A stretch of DNA of 54,187 nucleotides from a virus (Duplodnaviria; Heunggongvirae; Uroviricota; Caudoviricetes), in the IMG/VR virus record IMGVR_UViG_2821091796_000001, positions 64,001-118,187 of that record; one strand, written 5' to 3'. Below, piece after piece: positions 25,426 to 34,637 of the stretch. The position numbers and the translations under genes were made by a program. A model generated the notes under the pieces. The model saw only the letters and a program-made list of their open reading frames with translations, was not told the origin of the DNA and did no database searches. Position 1 is the first letter of the stretch, and every line of letters begins with the position of its first letter.

Positions 25426-27681
25426 ATGAAGCGGGAAATTATAGAACTTCGGGAAGTCATCACGAAGCTTGTTCCAATGCTCACGGCCAAGAAGGTCGTC
25501 GTGACACAACGCGGCTCAAGGGCCTACGTGTCAGTCAATCCTCGCACACGCCAACCCGAGCGCGTCAACATTCCGAATGTCTCCGACACGGCCGATGCAA
25601 GTTTCATCCGCGCGATTCAAGGATTCATTGATCATGAGGTCGCGCATGTTCTTCTGACCAACTGGAAGGATTACCTTGTCAAAGGCGATGCACATGATGT
25701 GAAAAACAAGCGACTGCAGGATCTCGTCAATATCGTGGAAGACACGATGATTGAGCGGGAGATCGTCAAGATATTCCCAGGCTCGCTCAAAAATATCGCA
25801 GACCTGCGCAAGCACTTTGTTGATAAGATCACCAAGCCGGCCATGAAACTGGTCAAAGGTGACGACAAGCAGGAGTTTCGTATTCTGCTTGTGCCGCTCA
25901 TGCGCGCTCTCGCCGGTCATGTCGAGTTCCAAGCATATATGAACGAGGAAAAGCTCTGGGATCAGCCTATCGTAAAAGCGTTCGTGGATGCCCTCCCAGA
26001 GACGCTGAAAAAGGCACTTCCTAAATTCAACGCGACAAAACAGTGTCGTGAAGCTGCCGAGCTGTTGGAAAAGATTCTCTATCCAGCGCCACCTCCGCCG
26101 CCTCCCGCGCCGAAAGCAGACCCTGAGCCTAAGAAGGAAGAAAGTGAAGAAGGCGGCGATGGTCCTGGCGAAGGTAAGAAACCGCATGGCGAAGACTCGG
26201 AAGAGGCGAGCGGCGGGGAGTCTGGCGAAGCGAAAGATGCTGCGGATGGCGGAGCCAAGGCTGCTGGTAAGCCCAAAGGAAAAACACCCGAGAAAGATAT
26301 CGAGGTAGATGCTTTCGACGACGAGGCGTCGAGCGATGACGAACCTTCTGAACCAACGGACGAAGACGAAGATGACGATTTCGGCGACCCACTCGCCGGA
26401 ATGGATCATGGGATGGACGATGATGAGGGCTATGATGCACCGCCATCAGATCCCGATGGCGAAGATGACGGCGACGTGGATGATGAATTAGATGACGGCG
26501 ATAGCGGCTCTGGCTCCGGTGACACAGAAGAAGATGCAGATGGCGCAGAGGACGAGGGCGAAAGCAGCAGCGGCCGCAGTCATTCTGACGAAAAACGTCA
26601 AACATCCATTGATGAAGAAGACCCGGAGGGAGACTCCGAAAATGAAGGCGGAGTTGGAAATGGTGCCGCCGGCACCAGTGTCTTTGACCACGAGTTCAAC
26701 GACGAGGACTTCTCTGATCTGGATCTATCCTCCAAAATGGCCGATGAGATCACCAAGGGCGCTGTCCGCGACTTACACAGCGCGCCTTACACCGTCTTTA
26801 CCCGCGAATTTGATCGGATCGAGCCTCTTGATCTGAAAGACGCCAATATTCCGGATTCATGGGTTCCAAAGATGGAAAGTGAAGTGCGCTCAATGGTTGG
26901 TCGCATGCAGAAGGATATCGAGCGCATGATGGCCTCGCAGAGCCACGTCATGCGTATTCCAGGTCATCGCAGCGGTCGCTTGCACGCACCTGGTCTCCAT
27001 CGCCTTACGACAGGCGACGACCGCGTGTTCTATCGCAAGCTCGAGCATCATTCAAAAGACACGGCGGTCACTCTTCTGATCGATATTTCCGGATCGATGG
27101 TAAGCAACAACAAGATCGCTACGGCAATGGTAGCGGCCTATGCGCTCTCGACAACGTTGGAGCGAGTGAGCATCGCCCATGAGATGCTGGGTTTTACCAC
27201 TGCAGGTTATGGCGCTCTTCCGCGCACGCTCCAGGAGGCGATCGCGGATGAAGCACGCTCCTCCGGTATTCGCTGGGCGCGCACGTGTCCAATCATCATG
27301 CCCATCTACAAAGGTTTCGATGAGCGCGTGACGTCAGAGGTGAAAAAGCGCGTGGCTTACCAAGCGTATGCGCGGCCAGGCATGTTTAATAACGTCGATG
27401 GCGAGTGTGTCGAATACGCAGCGCTTCGCCTGATCAAGCGCCAGGAGAAACGCAAAGTCATGCTCGTTCTTTCAGACGGACAACCGGCCGGCGCAAATCA
27501 CAGCGACGAACGGCATTTGATGGATACCGTCAAGAAGGTCGAGAAGATGGGTATCGACCTCGTTGGCATCGGCATCATGGATGCGTCCGTGAGCAAATAC
27601 TATCCCAACAACGTGGTGCTGCGCGATGTGGCAGCCCTCCCTGGCGAAGTGATGAAGCGGTTGAAAGCGATCCTCTCTTAA
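25426..27681 (+). CDS. CobT-like VWA protein with acidic linker
   Basis: N-terminal HEVAH..NIVED; long Asp/Glu low-complexity linker; MIDAS LLIDISGSM and VLSDGQP. Confidence 0.85.
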   Translation: MKREIIELREVITKLVPMLTAKKVVVTQRGSRAYVSVNPRTRQPERVNIPNVSDTADASFIRAIQGFIDHEVAHVLLTNWKDYLVKGDAHDVKNKRLQDLVNIVEDTMIEREIVKIFPGSLKNIADLRKHFVDKITKPAMKLVKGDDKQEFRILLVPLMRALAGHVEFQAYMNEEKLWDQPIVKAFVDALPETLKKALPKFNATKQCREAAELLEKILYPAPPPPPPAPKADPEPKKEESEEGGDGPGEGKKPHGEDSEEASGGESGEAKDAADGGAKAAGKPKGKTPEKDIEVDAFDDEASSDDEPSEPTDEDEDDDFGDPLAGMDHGMDDDEGYDAPPSDPDGEDDGDVDDELDDGDSGSGSGDTEEDADGAEDEGESSSGRSHSDEKRQTSIDEEDPEGDSENEGGVGNGAAGTSVFDHEFNDEDFSDLDLSSKMADEITKGAVRDLHSAPYTVFTREFDRIEPLDLKDANIPDSWVPKMESEVRSMVGRMQKDIERMMASQSHVMRIPGHRSGRLHAPGLHRLTTGDDRVFYRKLEHHSKDTAVTLLIDISGSMVSNNKIATAMVAAYALSTTLERVSIAHEMLGFTTAGYGALPRTLQEAIADEARSSGIRWARTCPIIMPIYKGFDERVTSEVKKRVAYQAYARPGMFNNVDGECVEYAALRLIKRQEKRKVMLVLSDGQPAGANHSDERHLMDTVKKVEKMGIDLVGIGIMDASVSKYYPNNVVLRDVAALPGEVMKRLKAILS

Positions 27682-27713
27682 GAGGAGATTGTTAATCGTC
27701 ATTTCCCATATAA

Positions 27714-27733
27714 GTAAATCATTATTGACTTGA
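27714..27733. promoter_or_regulatory. Palindromic operator copy 11
   Basis: GTAAATCATTATTGACTTGA (2 mismatches), directly after TATAAG. Confidence 0.7.
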
Positions 27734-27805
27734 TATCCTAATCAAAAGTCAGTAGTTATTGAAGACAACACAGCGCAAAGCGCACAGAGACGGAGAGAGT
27801 TTCAC

Positions 27806-29053
27806 ATGGAAGATGCAGAGTTGGATCGGTCGCGTATCGTTTGTCAGATCGACGGGGTCGAGGTTCATTCTATCTCGAACCACATCAAGAAAAACTATAG
27901 CGACCCGACCAAAGATTTATGGACCGTCGAGCGTTACAAGACGGAATACCCCGATGCGCCGCTCTATTCAAAGTATGCGCTGCACCTGATCGCCGAAGAG
28001 CGCAAACGCTCCGCCGTGTCTACTGCGTCGGCTGATCCCACCGGCACCAAAAGCCGTGCGAAAGGTCTGTTTCATGAGGTCTTCAGCATGGGTAATGCGA
28101 AGGCGGCCAAATCGTCGCTCGGCAACCCGATTGAGGTTTCAATCCTCGCCAATCACCAGCCGGAAGTCGTTCCCTACCTCGAGCTCGTGGATCCGGACTA
28201 CGTTTTCAACATCGATCTGACCAAGACGGTCATGATGGCGCTTGAGCTTGGCAAGACGCTCTATCTCTGGGGCTATCATGGCACAGGTAAATCATCATTG
28301 ATTGAACAGGTGTGTGCTCGTCTTCGCCGCCCATACATGCGCGTCCAGCACACTCGCGACACTGAAGAGGCTCACATTCTCGGTCAGTGGGTTGTCGCCA
28401 CGAAGGAAGTCGAAGAAGAGGTGATGGACAAAGACGGCGTCCTTCAGAAGACCAAACGCTATATTTCGCAGACTGAGTATCAGCTCGGGCAGCTCGCACA
28501 GGCAATGATACACGGCATGGTCTACTGCGCCGATGAATATGACTATGCGATGCCAGGCGTGATCGCCGCATATCAGGCAGTCCTCGAAGGCAAGCCACTC
28601 GTCATCAAAGACGCACCTGCTGAATATCGCGTGATCAAGCCGCATCCAGAGTTCCGCTTCACTGCAACCGGCAATACGAACGGAACGGGCGACGAAACCG
28701 GCCTTTATCAAGGCACGATCATGCAGAATGCCGCCGCCTATTCGCGCTTCGCGATCACTGAGGAAGTGACATACATGGATGCTGCGACGGAGCAGTCGAT
28801 CCTCATGTCCAAGACCTCCGTGGACGAGGAAGATGCATCGAGAATCGTCCAGTTCGGCAATGCTGTGCGTGACGCCTTCAAGAAAGGCGAGCTGACAATG
28901 ACCTGCTCGCCGCGTGAGCTGATCAACGCCGCAGATAACGGTCTGAACTTCGGAGGAGACTTCATCCGAGGCATCAAGCTTGCGATCACCAACCGCTTCT
29001 CCCGCGTCGATAAGGCAGTGGCGGAGCAGTTTGCGCAGAGGTTGCTCGGCTGA
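27806..29053 (+). CDS. CobS-like MoxR-family AAA+ ATPase
   Basis: GYHGTGKS, CADEYD, ATGNTNG, SRF and SPRELI motifs; paired with VWA gene. Confidence 0.88.
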   Translation: MEDAELDRSRIVCQIDGVEVHSISNHIKKNYSDPTKDLWTVERYKTEYPDAPLYSKYALHLIAEERKRSAVSTASADPTGTKSRAKGLFHEVFSMGNAKAAKSSLGNPIEVSILANHQPEVVPYLELVDPDYVFNIDLTKTVMMALELGKTLYLWGYHGTGKSSLIEQVCARLRRPYMRVQHTRDTEEAHILGQWVVATKEVEEEVMDKDGVLQKTKRYISQTEYQLGQLAQAMIHGMVYCADEYDYAMPGVIAAYQAVLEGKPLVIKDAPAEYRVIKPHPEFRFTATGNTNGTGDETGLYQGTIMQNAAAYSRFAITEEVTYMDAATEQSILMSKTSVDEEDASRIVQFGNAVRDAFKKGELTMTCSPRELINAADNGLNFGGDFIRGIKLAITNRFSRVDKAVAEQFAQRLLG

Positions 29054-29700
29054 TGATCGACTGGAAGGAAAGTGAGCGGAACGTCAATTCGTTTGCTGAT
29101 CGGGTAATGCGCCGGCTTGAACGTGCCGGGGCGCCCCTTCACCTGCGAGAAGATATCCGACAGGAACTCTGGATCGCCTGGTGCAAGGCGCGCGACAGTT
29201 GGAACCCTCAAAAGCAAGCTGCATTCCCGACCTTTCTCTACAACGGGATGAAAATGCACATCAACCGTTGGGCCGAGAAGCACGTCAGTCGCCGGTTTGC
29301 GGAAGTCGTCGCCAAGTCGATCGATACGCCAATGACCGAGGACGGCGCAAAGCTGGAAGAAATCATCCCCTCGGCCGATCCCATGCCGGGTTCAGAGTTT
29401 GAGGAAAACAATTACTGGGAATACGCGATCGCACGCCTGAAGCCACGCGCCAAGCTGTTCATTCAATTGCTGCGCGATCCACCGGCGGAGCTTCTAAAGG
29501 AAGTTGATGCGCTCGACGCCAGAGCCGAGTTCGGCCGTTCCCGAGGCCATACAACATTTACCATGGGCGGTGTCACGACGACGCTGATCTTCGATCTGAT
29601 GGGTGCGCCGCGCTCAGAGCGGGTCAAGATTGCCGCTCAGATCCGCGAGGCCGGCGAAGAAGCAAAACGGAATGCCCATAAACGAGTGCGAGCAATATGA
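29053..29700 (+). CDS. Phage sigma70-family (group 4-like) sigma factor
   Basis: EDIRQELWIAWCKARDSWNPQKQAAFPTFLY region-2 pattern; MGAPRSERVKI region-4-like HTH; TGATG-coupled to AAA gene. Confidence 0.65.
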   Translation: MIDWKESERNVNSFADRVMRRLERAGAPLHLREDIRQELWIAWCKARDSWNPQKQAAFPTFLYNGMKMHINRWAEKHVSRRFAEVVAKSIDTPMTEDGAKLEEIIPSADPMPGSEFEENNYWEYAIARLKPRAKLFIQLLRDPPAELLKEVDALDARAEFGRSRGHTTFTMGGVTTTLIFDLMGAPRSERVKIAAQIREAGEEAKRNAHKRVRAI

Positions 29701-30221
29701 CCGATACGATCCCTCACTTTGCGCCTGGCTGTTTCGGCTCCGCGCTTTCCTTTGACGATGCCCATCCCGTTTGCCGCGGATGCGCCTTCCAGGAACAATG
29801 CAAGCCGCTTCATGCGACCAACCTCTTCGCATTGCGCGCAAGGTGGGGGATCACGACGATGCCTGACGCGCCAAAGGGCGCAACAAAGACCTCTCCGGTC
29901 AATCCGGGCGAGCTTGCTCTGCCGAAAAAGACCCAGGAACTGGTCGATCGCCTTGATCGCTCTAATCTGAACGTTACCGAAAAACTGCAGAAGGGCGAGA
30001 ACCCGTTCGCCGGCACCCTGCCCTTCATGCGCATCGTTGCGCATCTTCTTATCAAACTCGATCGCCCACTTACGCGCCAATTCGTTGCCGCCGCGTTCAT
30101 GACCAAATTCGACTGGCAGCAAAATACAGCAGACGCCCACGCTCGCATGGCCTTCCAGGCACTCGAGCATATTGGCGCAGTGCGAGAAATGAACGGCACT
30201 ATTCAAATCAAGAGGACTTAA
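29697..30221 (+). CDS. Hypothetical protein (N-terminal Cys cluster)
   Basis: CFG...CRGCAFQEQC; ATGA overlap. Confidence 0.65.
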   Translation: MTDTIPHFAPGCFGSALSFDDAHPVCRGCAFQEQCKPLHATNLFALRARWGITTMPDAPKGATKTSPVNPGELALPKKTQELVDRLDRSNLNVTEKLQKGENPFAGTLPFMRIVAHLLIKLDRPLTRQFVAAAFMTKFDWQQNTADAHARMAFQALEHIGAVREMNGTIQIKRT

Positions 30222-30222
30222 T

Positions 30223-33200
30223 ATGCACTCCATCTTAGCAGCTCGAACCGATTTCTCGATCGGCGAGTCGATTATTTCGCCGTCATCGCTCGTTGAAAAA
30301 GCAAAAGAGCTGGGCGCTCGTGCCGTCGGCATTACCGACACCATGTCGTTGACTGGTCTGGTAGATTTTACAACTCGCGCCAAGAAAGCCGAAATTAAGC
30401 CGATCATTGGCGTGCGACTGCGCATGACTGACGGGCCGGAGTGGCGTCCCGACAAGGGGCAAAAGAAGAAGGATATGCCGCCCTACTACTACTTAACGGC
30501 ATATTTTTTGACAGAGGCTGGCCTCAAAGGACTTTACCGGCTGCTGTCCCTCGCAAATTCCGAATCCCGCTTCTACTACGAGAGTAAGCTTGGCTTTGAG
30601 GATCTCTATACGGAACTGGACAATCTGGAGAAGGGCGACATCGCGCTGACCCTTGGCGACGCGCACGGTGTTATCACACATCCTCAAGTCGCCGATATCG
30701 TCACGGAACTTGCGCATCGCGTTGGCTTTGAGAATGTCTACGCCTCACTTATCGCGGTTGATACGCCCTATTTCACACGCATCAACCAGCTTTCACTCGA
30801 GGCGATCGGTCATGGCTGTCAGCCACTTACGGTGCGTCCCGCGTATTACTTCGAAGGTGAGGCTGATGCTCTTGATATCATGGGTGCTGTCGCCAACAAC
30901 GTGAAAATCACCGATGGTTGGTTCAAGTCGATGGACAATCGTGATTTTCACGTCGTCGGCGATGTTGAAATGAAGAAGCATGTCCTAAGTGCAGCCAAGC
31001 GCGTCAGTGCGCGTGGATCATTGGGGGTTGGACCAGCGTTCTCGCAGGGGCTGCTCAATACGGACAAGCTCGCCGAGCGCGTGAGCTACGTGTGGGAGAA
31101 ACAGCCTGTTTCGCTTCCGCAGATGGCGCCAAACGAGTTTCTGGCCGTCGTGGAGCAATGCAAACTTGGCTGGAAGGAACGCTTCTCTGACGCTGTATTT
31201 GGCCACCTTCCGGAAAAGACTGACCTTGCCGGCGTCTACAAGGAGCGTCTCTCCTATGAGCTCTCGGTGCTAAAGAAACTCAATTTCTCAGGCTACTTTC
31301 TCCTCGTTCAAGACGTGGTGAATTATGCGAAATCTAATGGAATTCTTGTCGGGCCTGGCCGCGGTTCTGTCGGCGGTTCTTTGGTCGCTTACCTTATGGG
31401 AATCACTGACTGTGATCCGATCCGTTTCGGACTTCTGTTTGAGCGTTTCATTAATCCTGATCGTATCGACCTTCCTGACGCCGACCTTGATTTCATGTCT
31501 GAACGTCGCCACGAAGTTGTTGAATACCTCATCAAGAAATACGGACAGGCTCGAGTAGCTGGCGTTTCGAATTTTGGCACGCTTGCCGCCGCGTCCTCGA
31601 TCCGAGATATCGGCAAAGCCGTCGGTTTGTCCGAGCGCGACACGAAGTGCTCAAAGGCAGTTCCGAAGCTGCACGGAGCTAACGTCTCCCTGGCAAATTG
31701 CGCGCTGCAGGTCGAGGAGATCCAGGAGTTCGCCGAGAAATACGAGGACAATTGGTGGCCCATCATGTGCCGTCTGGAAGAGACTACGCGCTCATACGGC
31801 CAGCACGCCGCCGGCATTATCGTTGGGGGTGTCGATCTTACGGATCGCGCTGTCATCGAAAAGCGCAAGGAAATGTCTGTCGTCTGTTGGGACAAGCGCA
31901 TCGTTGAGGATCAAGGGCTCGTCAAAATGGATCTTCTCGGGTTGAAAACGCTTGATCTGATCAACCTCACACTCAATTACATCAAAGAGCGGCATTCAAA
32001 ACGCGTCAACATCAACCGGATCCCGCTTGACGATGCGGAAGTGCTGAACAACTTCGCCAAGGGTCTCACGATCGGCATCTTCCAGTTTGAAGGCGGTGGA
32101 ATGCGCCGCTTGCTGAAAGAGCTTGGCAGCGACGGCACAATTACTTTCGATGATATTACGGCCGCAACCGCGCTTTATCGCCCAGGTCCTATGGAATCGG
32201 GAATGATGGACTCATTCTATAAGCGAAAGCAGGGTCGGGAATACATCGAATATGACCATCCATTGATGGAACCGATCCTCGAGCCAACATTTGGCGTGAT
32301 GGTCTATCAGGAACAGGTTATGCAGGTCGCTCGCGCAGTTGCCGGATACTCTGCTCCCGACGCTGACAAGCTACGCAAGATCATGGGTAAGAAATTGCCC
32401 GAAGAAATGGCGAAGGAACGCGGCAAGTTTGTCGATGGTTGTGTTGCGACGATCGGGGCAGACGAAATGTGGGCGGGGCAGCTTTTCGACAAGATTGAAG
32501 GCTTCGCCGGCTATGGCTTTAACAAGAGCCACTCAGTCGAATATACCCTGATCTCATATCAGTCCATGTATCTGAAAACGCACTATCCGGTCGAGTTCTT
32601 TGCCGCCGCGCTGACAGGTATGGATGAGGATAAGTTGCCTGGCATCATTGCGGACGCCGCTCGATTTGGCATCGACGTCTCAATGCCCGATATCAATATC
32701 TCTACCGACAGGTTTGAGATTGCGACAGATGTGCGCTTAGTCATTCCCTTCCAACGCATCAAAGGCGTCGCTGGCACAACGACCCAAGCCATTATCGAGG
32801 CGAGGAAGGCGGGTCCGTTCACGAATAAGGCGGATTTTCTCGATCGCGTGGAAAAACGCCGCTGTAACGTCAAGCATCAAGACGCCCTTGAGCGCGTTGG
32901 TGCGTTCTCTCGCATCGAGCCTGGCTCTGTTCCGGCGACCGATCCCTCGCGTGTGCGTGATCTGATCGAACTCATTCCCGGCCTGATCACGGCAAACGTG
33001 CCAGTGCACCGCGATCTGACGCGCGACAAACACGCGAAGGAAGATATCGTAGAAGTGATCCAAGAATACCGCGCCAAGCACGGTCCATCGACTGGTGATA
33101 GCGATGGACTGCCGGTCAAGCCACATTTCGGTAAGGATGCGACGTTCATGATCATCACCGACTGCCCGACACGCGGCGAGGAAGAGCTTGGATCGATGAG

Positions 33201-33588
33201 TCAGGGCGCGCAGGTTCAAGCCGTTATTGATGCCATGTTCGTGCATGATTTTAAGCGTCCTGATATCTATTGGACGGGGCTGATCAAGCGACCAAAGGCA
33301 GATAAGCAGGTCTCTTCGGACGAGATTGCCAAGTATATCGATTATCTAAAGCGCGAGATCCAGATCCTCGAGCCTCCCGTGATCGTTCTACTCGGCACAA
33401 CCACAGTGCGTCACTTTCTTCCCGATCTTAAAGGCAAGGCGTCTGATCAAGCCGGTAAGGTGGTCTATTCCAAGGAGTTCGACGCAAATCTGGTCATCGG
33501 CTTCAATCCTGGCGAACTTTACTATGCGCCGGAAAAGAGCGTGCTTCTCGAAGATGTTTTCCAGTCAGTTTTCAATCTTCTGAACTGA
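30223..33588 (+). CDS. dnaE: DNA polymerase III alpha-like (family C) with C-terminal UDG-like domain
   Basis: GPGRGSVGGSLVAY, PDADLDF, KMDLLGLKTL and GFNKSH motifs; C-terminal ~170 aa resemble family-4 UDG. Confidence 0.92.
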   Translation: MHSILAARTDFSIGESIISPSSLVEKAKELGARAVGITDTMSLTGLVDFTTRAKKAEIKPIIGVRLRMTDGPEWRPDKGQKKKDMPPYYYLTAYFLTEAGLKGLYRLLSLANSESRFYYESKLGFEDLYTELDNLEKGDIALTLGDAHGVITHPQVADIVTELAHRVGFENVYASLIAVDTPYFTRINQLSLEAIGHGCQPLTVRPAYYFEGEADALDIMGAVANNVKITDGWFKSMDNRDFHVVGDVEMKKHVLSAAKRVSARGSLGVGPAFSQGLLNTDKLAERVSYVWEKQPVSLPQMAPNEFLAVVEQCKLGWKERFSDAVFGHLPEKTDLAGVYKERLSYELSVLKKLNFSGYFLLVQDVVNYAKSNGILVGPGRGSVGGSLVAYLMGITDCDPIRFGLLFERFINPDRIDLPDADLDFMSERRHEVVEYLIKKYGQARVAGVSNFGTLAAASSIRDIGKAVGLSERDTKCSKAVPKLHGANVSLANCALQVEEIQEFAEKYEDNWWPIMCRLEETTRSYGQHAAGIIVGGVDLTDRAVIEKRKEMSVVCWDKRIVEDQGLVKMDLLGLKTLDLINLTLNYIKERHSKRVNINRIPLDDAEVLNNFAKGLTIGIFQFEGGGMRRLLKELGSDGTITFDDITAATALYRPGPMESGMMDSFYKRKQGREYIEYDHPLMEPILEPTFGVMVYQEQVMQVARAVAGYSAPDADKLRKIMGKKLPEEMAKERGKFVDGCVATIGADEMWAGQLFDKIEGFAGYGFNKSHSVEYTLISYQSMYLKTHYPVEFFAAALTGMDEDKLPGIIADAARFGIDVSMPDINISTDRFEIATDVRLVIPFQRIKGVAGTTTQAIIEARKAGPFTNKADFLDRVEKRRCNVKHQDALERVGAFSRIEPGSVPATDPSRVRDLIELIPGLITANVPVHRDLTRDKHAKEDIVEVIQEYRAKHGPSTGDSDGLPVKPHFGKDATFMIITDCPTRGEEELGSMSQGAQVQAVIDAMFVHDFKRPDIYWTGLIKRPKADKQVSSDEIAKYIDYLKREIQILEPPVIVLLGTTTVRHFLPDLKGKASDQAGKVVYSKEFDANLVIGFNPGELYYAPEKSVLLEDVFQSVFNLLN

Positions 33589-33607
33589 TTGCCGATGCAT
33601 CCCGCAA

Positions 33608-33634
33608 GCGCTCCTTGAGAGCACTTGATATAAA
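33608..33634 (+). promoter_or_regulatory. Phage-type promoter (weaker match)
   Basis: GCGCTCC-N12-GATATAAA. Confidence 0.5.
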
Positions 33635-33662
33635 TTAATCAGAACAAGCGAAAGGTCTGAAA

Positions 33663-34202
33663 ATGACGGCCACATTTACGGTCAAGAACTTCATCGACAC
33701 GGCGCAAATGAAACGCGACCTTGCCTATTCCCCTGCCGATCTGTCCAACGCTATGATGCAGCAGGCATCCCTGTTTGCACATTACGGAGTCATCGCTGCA
33801 CAGGCCTCGCGCCAGGTGGATACCGTTAAATTATTGCTTGAATCCACGGAAGCGGCCGTCTATCGCCGTGAACGTGAGACCGCACTCCAAGATGGCGAAA
33901 AACCCACAGTTGCGGATCTCGACAAACGTGTGGCGCGCAACGGCCGTGTCGTCAATATGAAGAAAGCCCTGATTGAGGCAAAACAGATTGAAGCCAACGC
34001 AAAAACTGCCACGGAAGCCTTTCGTCATCGCCGCGACATGCTGATCCAGTCCGGATCTACGGAGCGCGAGGAGATGAAGGGCGAACTTGCAATCTCGGTG
34101 CGCACGGCGCGCGACGAAGCTGCCTCCGAAAGCCGAAACAACCTGCTTGCACGCCAGAAGCAGCGCATGAAGGAGGAAGCTGCAGGATCAGAAAGTTCGT
34201 AA
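33663..34202 (+). CDS. UvsY-like recombination mediator (putative)
   Basis: All-helical; KRDL..S...L.NAMMQQASLFAHY ... AFRHRRDML pattern parallels T4 UvsY; near SSB and RecA. Confidence 0.5.
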   Translation: MTATFTVKNFIDTAQMKRDLAYSPADLSNAMMQQASLFAHYGVIAAQASRQVDTVKLLLESTEAAVYRRERETALQDGEKPTVADLDKRVARNGRVVNMKKALIEAKQIEANAKTATEAFRHRRDMLIQSGSTEREEMKGELAISVRTARDEAASESRNNLLARQKQRMKEEAAGSESS

Positions 34203-34203
34203 T

Positions 34204-34229
34204 GTAATCCTCGTTTTTGTTGATATATA
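34204..34229 (+). promoter_or_regulatory. Phage-type promoter
   Basis: GTAATCC-N11-GATATATA, operator follows. Confidence 0.68.
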
Positions 34230-34232
34230 AAA

Positions 34233-34252
34233 GTAAGTCAATAATGATTTAC
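34233..34252. promoter_or_regulatory. Palindromic operator copy 12
   Basis: GTAAGTCAATAATGATTTAC (identical to copy 1). Confidence 0.87.
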
Positions 34253-34285
34253 ATTCACTCTCAACCCCAGATAAGAGTTCAATCT

Positions 34286-34531
34286 ATGCTCAATCTCCTG
34301 ATCTCCTATTTCCTGAAGGTGCTCGGCCGTGAGCCGTCCATCGACGAGATTACCAAGCCGATCACGTCAATTGTGACCAAGCTGGAGCGGCATGCTGCAG
34401 TCCAGACGGCCAAGTCGGCCAAGAAGGAAAAAGAGGCTGCTGACGCCCTCGCCGCTTCAAAGGACCATGCCGAGACCTCAAAACGGGCAGGCCTCCTCGC
34501 ATCAAAATACGGGAACATCTTCAACGTCTGA
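34286..34531 (+). CDS. Hypothetical 81-aa protein
   Basis: ATG 34286; hydrophobic N-terminus then coiled coil. Confidence 0.55.
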   Translation: MLNLLISYFLKVLGREPSIDEITKPITSIVTKLERHAAVQTAKSAKKEKEAADALAASKDHAETSKRAGLLASKYGNIFNV

Positions 34532-34541
34532 TTTTCCCGAA

Positions 34542-34567
34542 GTAATCCTGAACATTTTCGCTATATA
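34542..34567 (+). promoter_or_regulatory. Phage-type promoter (upstream of SSB)
   Basis: GTAATCC-N11-GCTATATA. Confidence 0.72.
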
Positions 34568-34634
34568 ACGAAATAACGAAATGACGAACGCGTCACGGAG
34601 TTAGTAGCAAAGCGCAAAGTAGAAAGTAGCAAAG
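34566..34634 (+). repeat. Short A-rich tandem repeats in SSB leader
   Basis: TAACGAAA x2 + TGACGAAC; TAGCAAAG, CGCAAAG, TAGAAAG, TAGCAAAG. Confidence 0.7.
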
Positions 34635-34637
34635 CAC

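Noticed and set aside
25426-29053. Genuine cobalamin biosynthesis (cobST)
   Set aside because: No cobN or other cob genes; CobS/CobT-like pairs are common in large phages as AAA+/VWA modules
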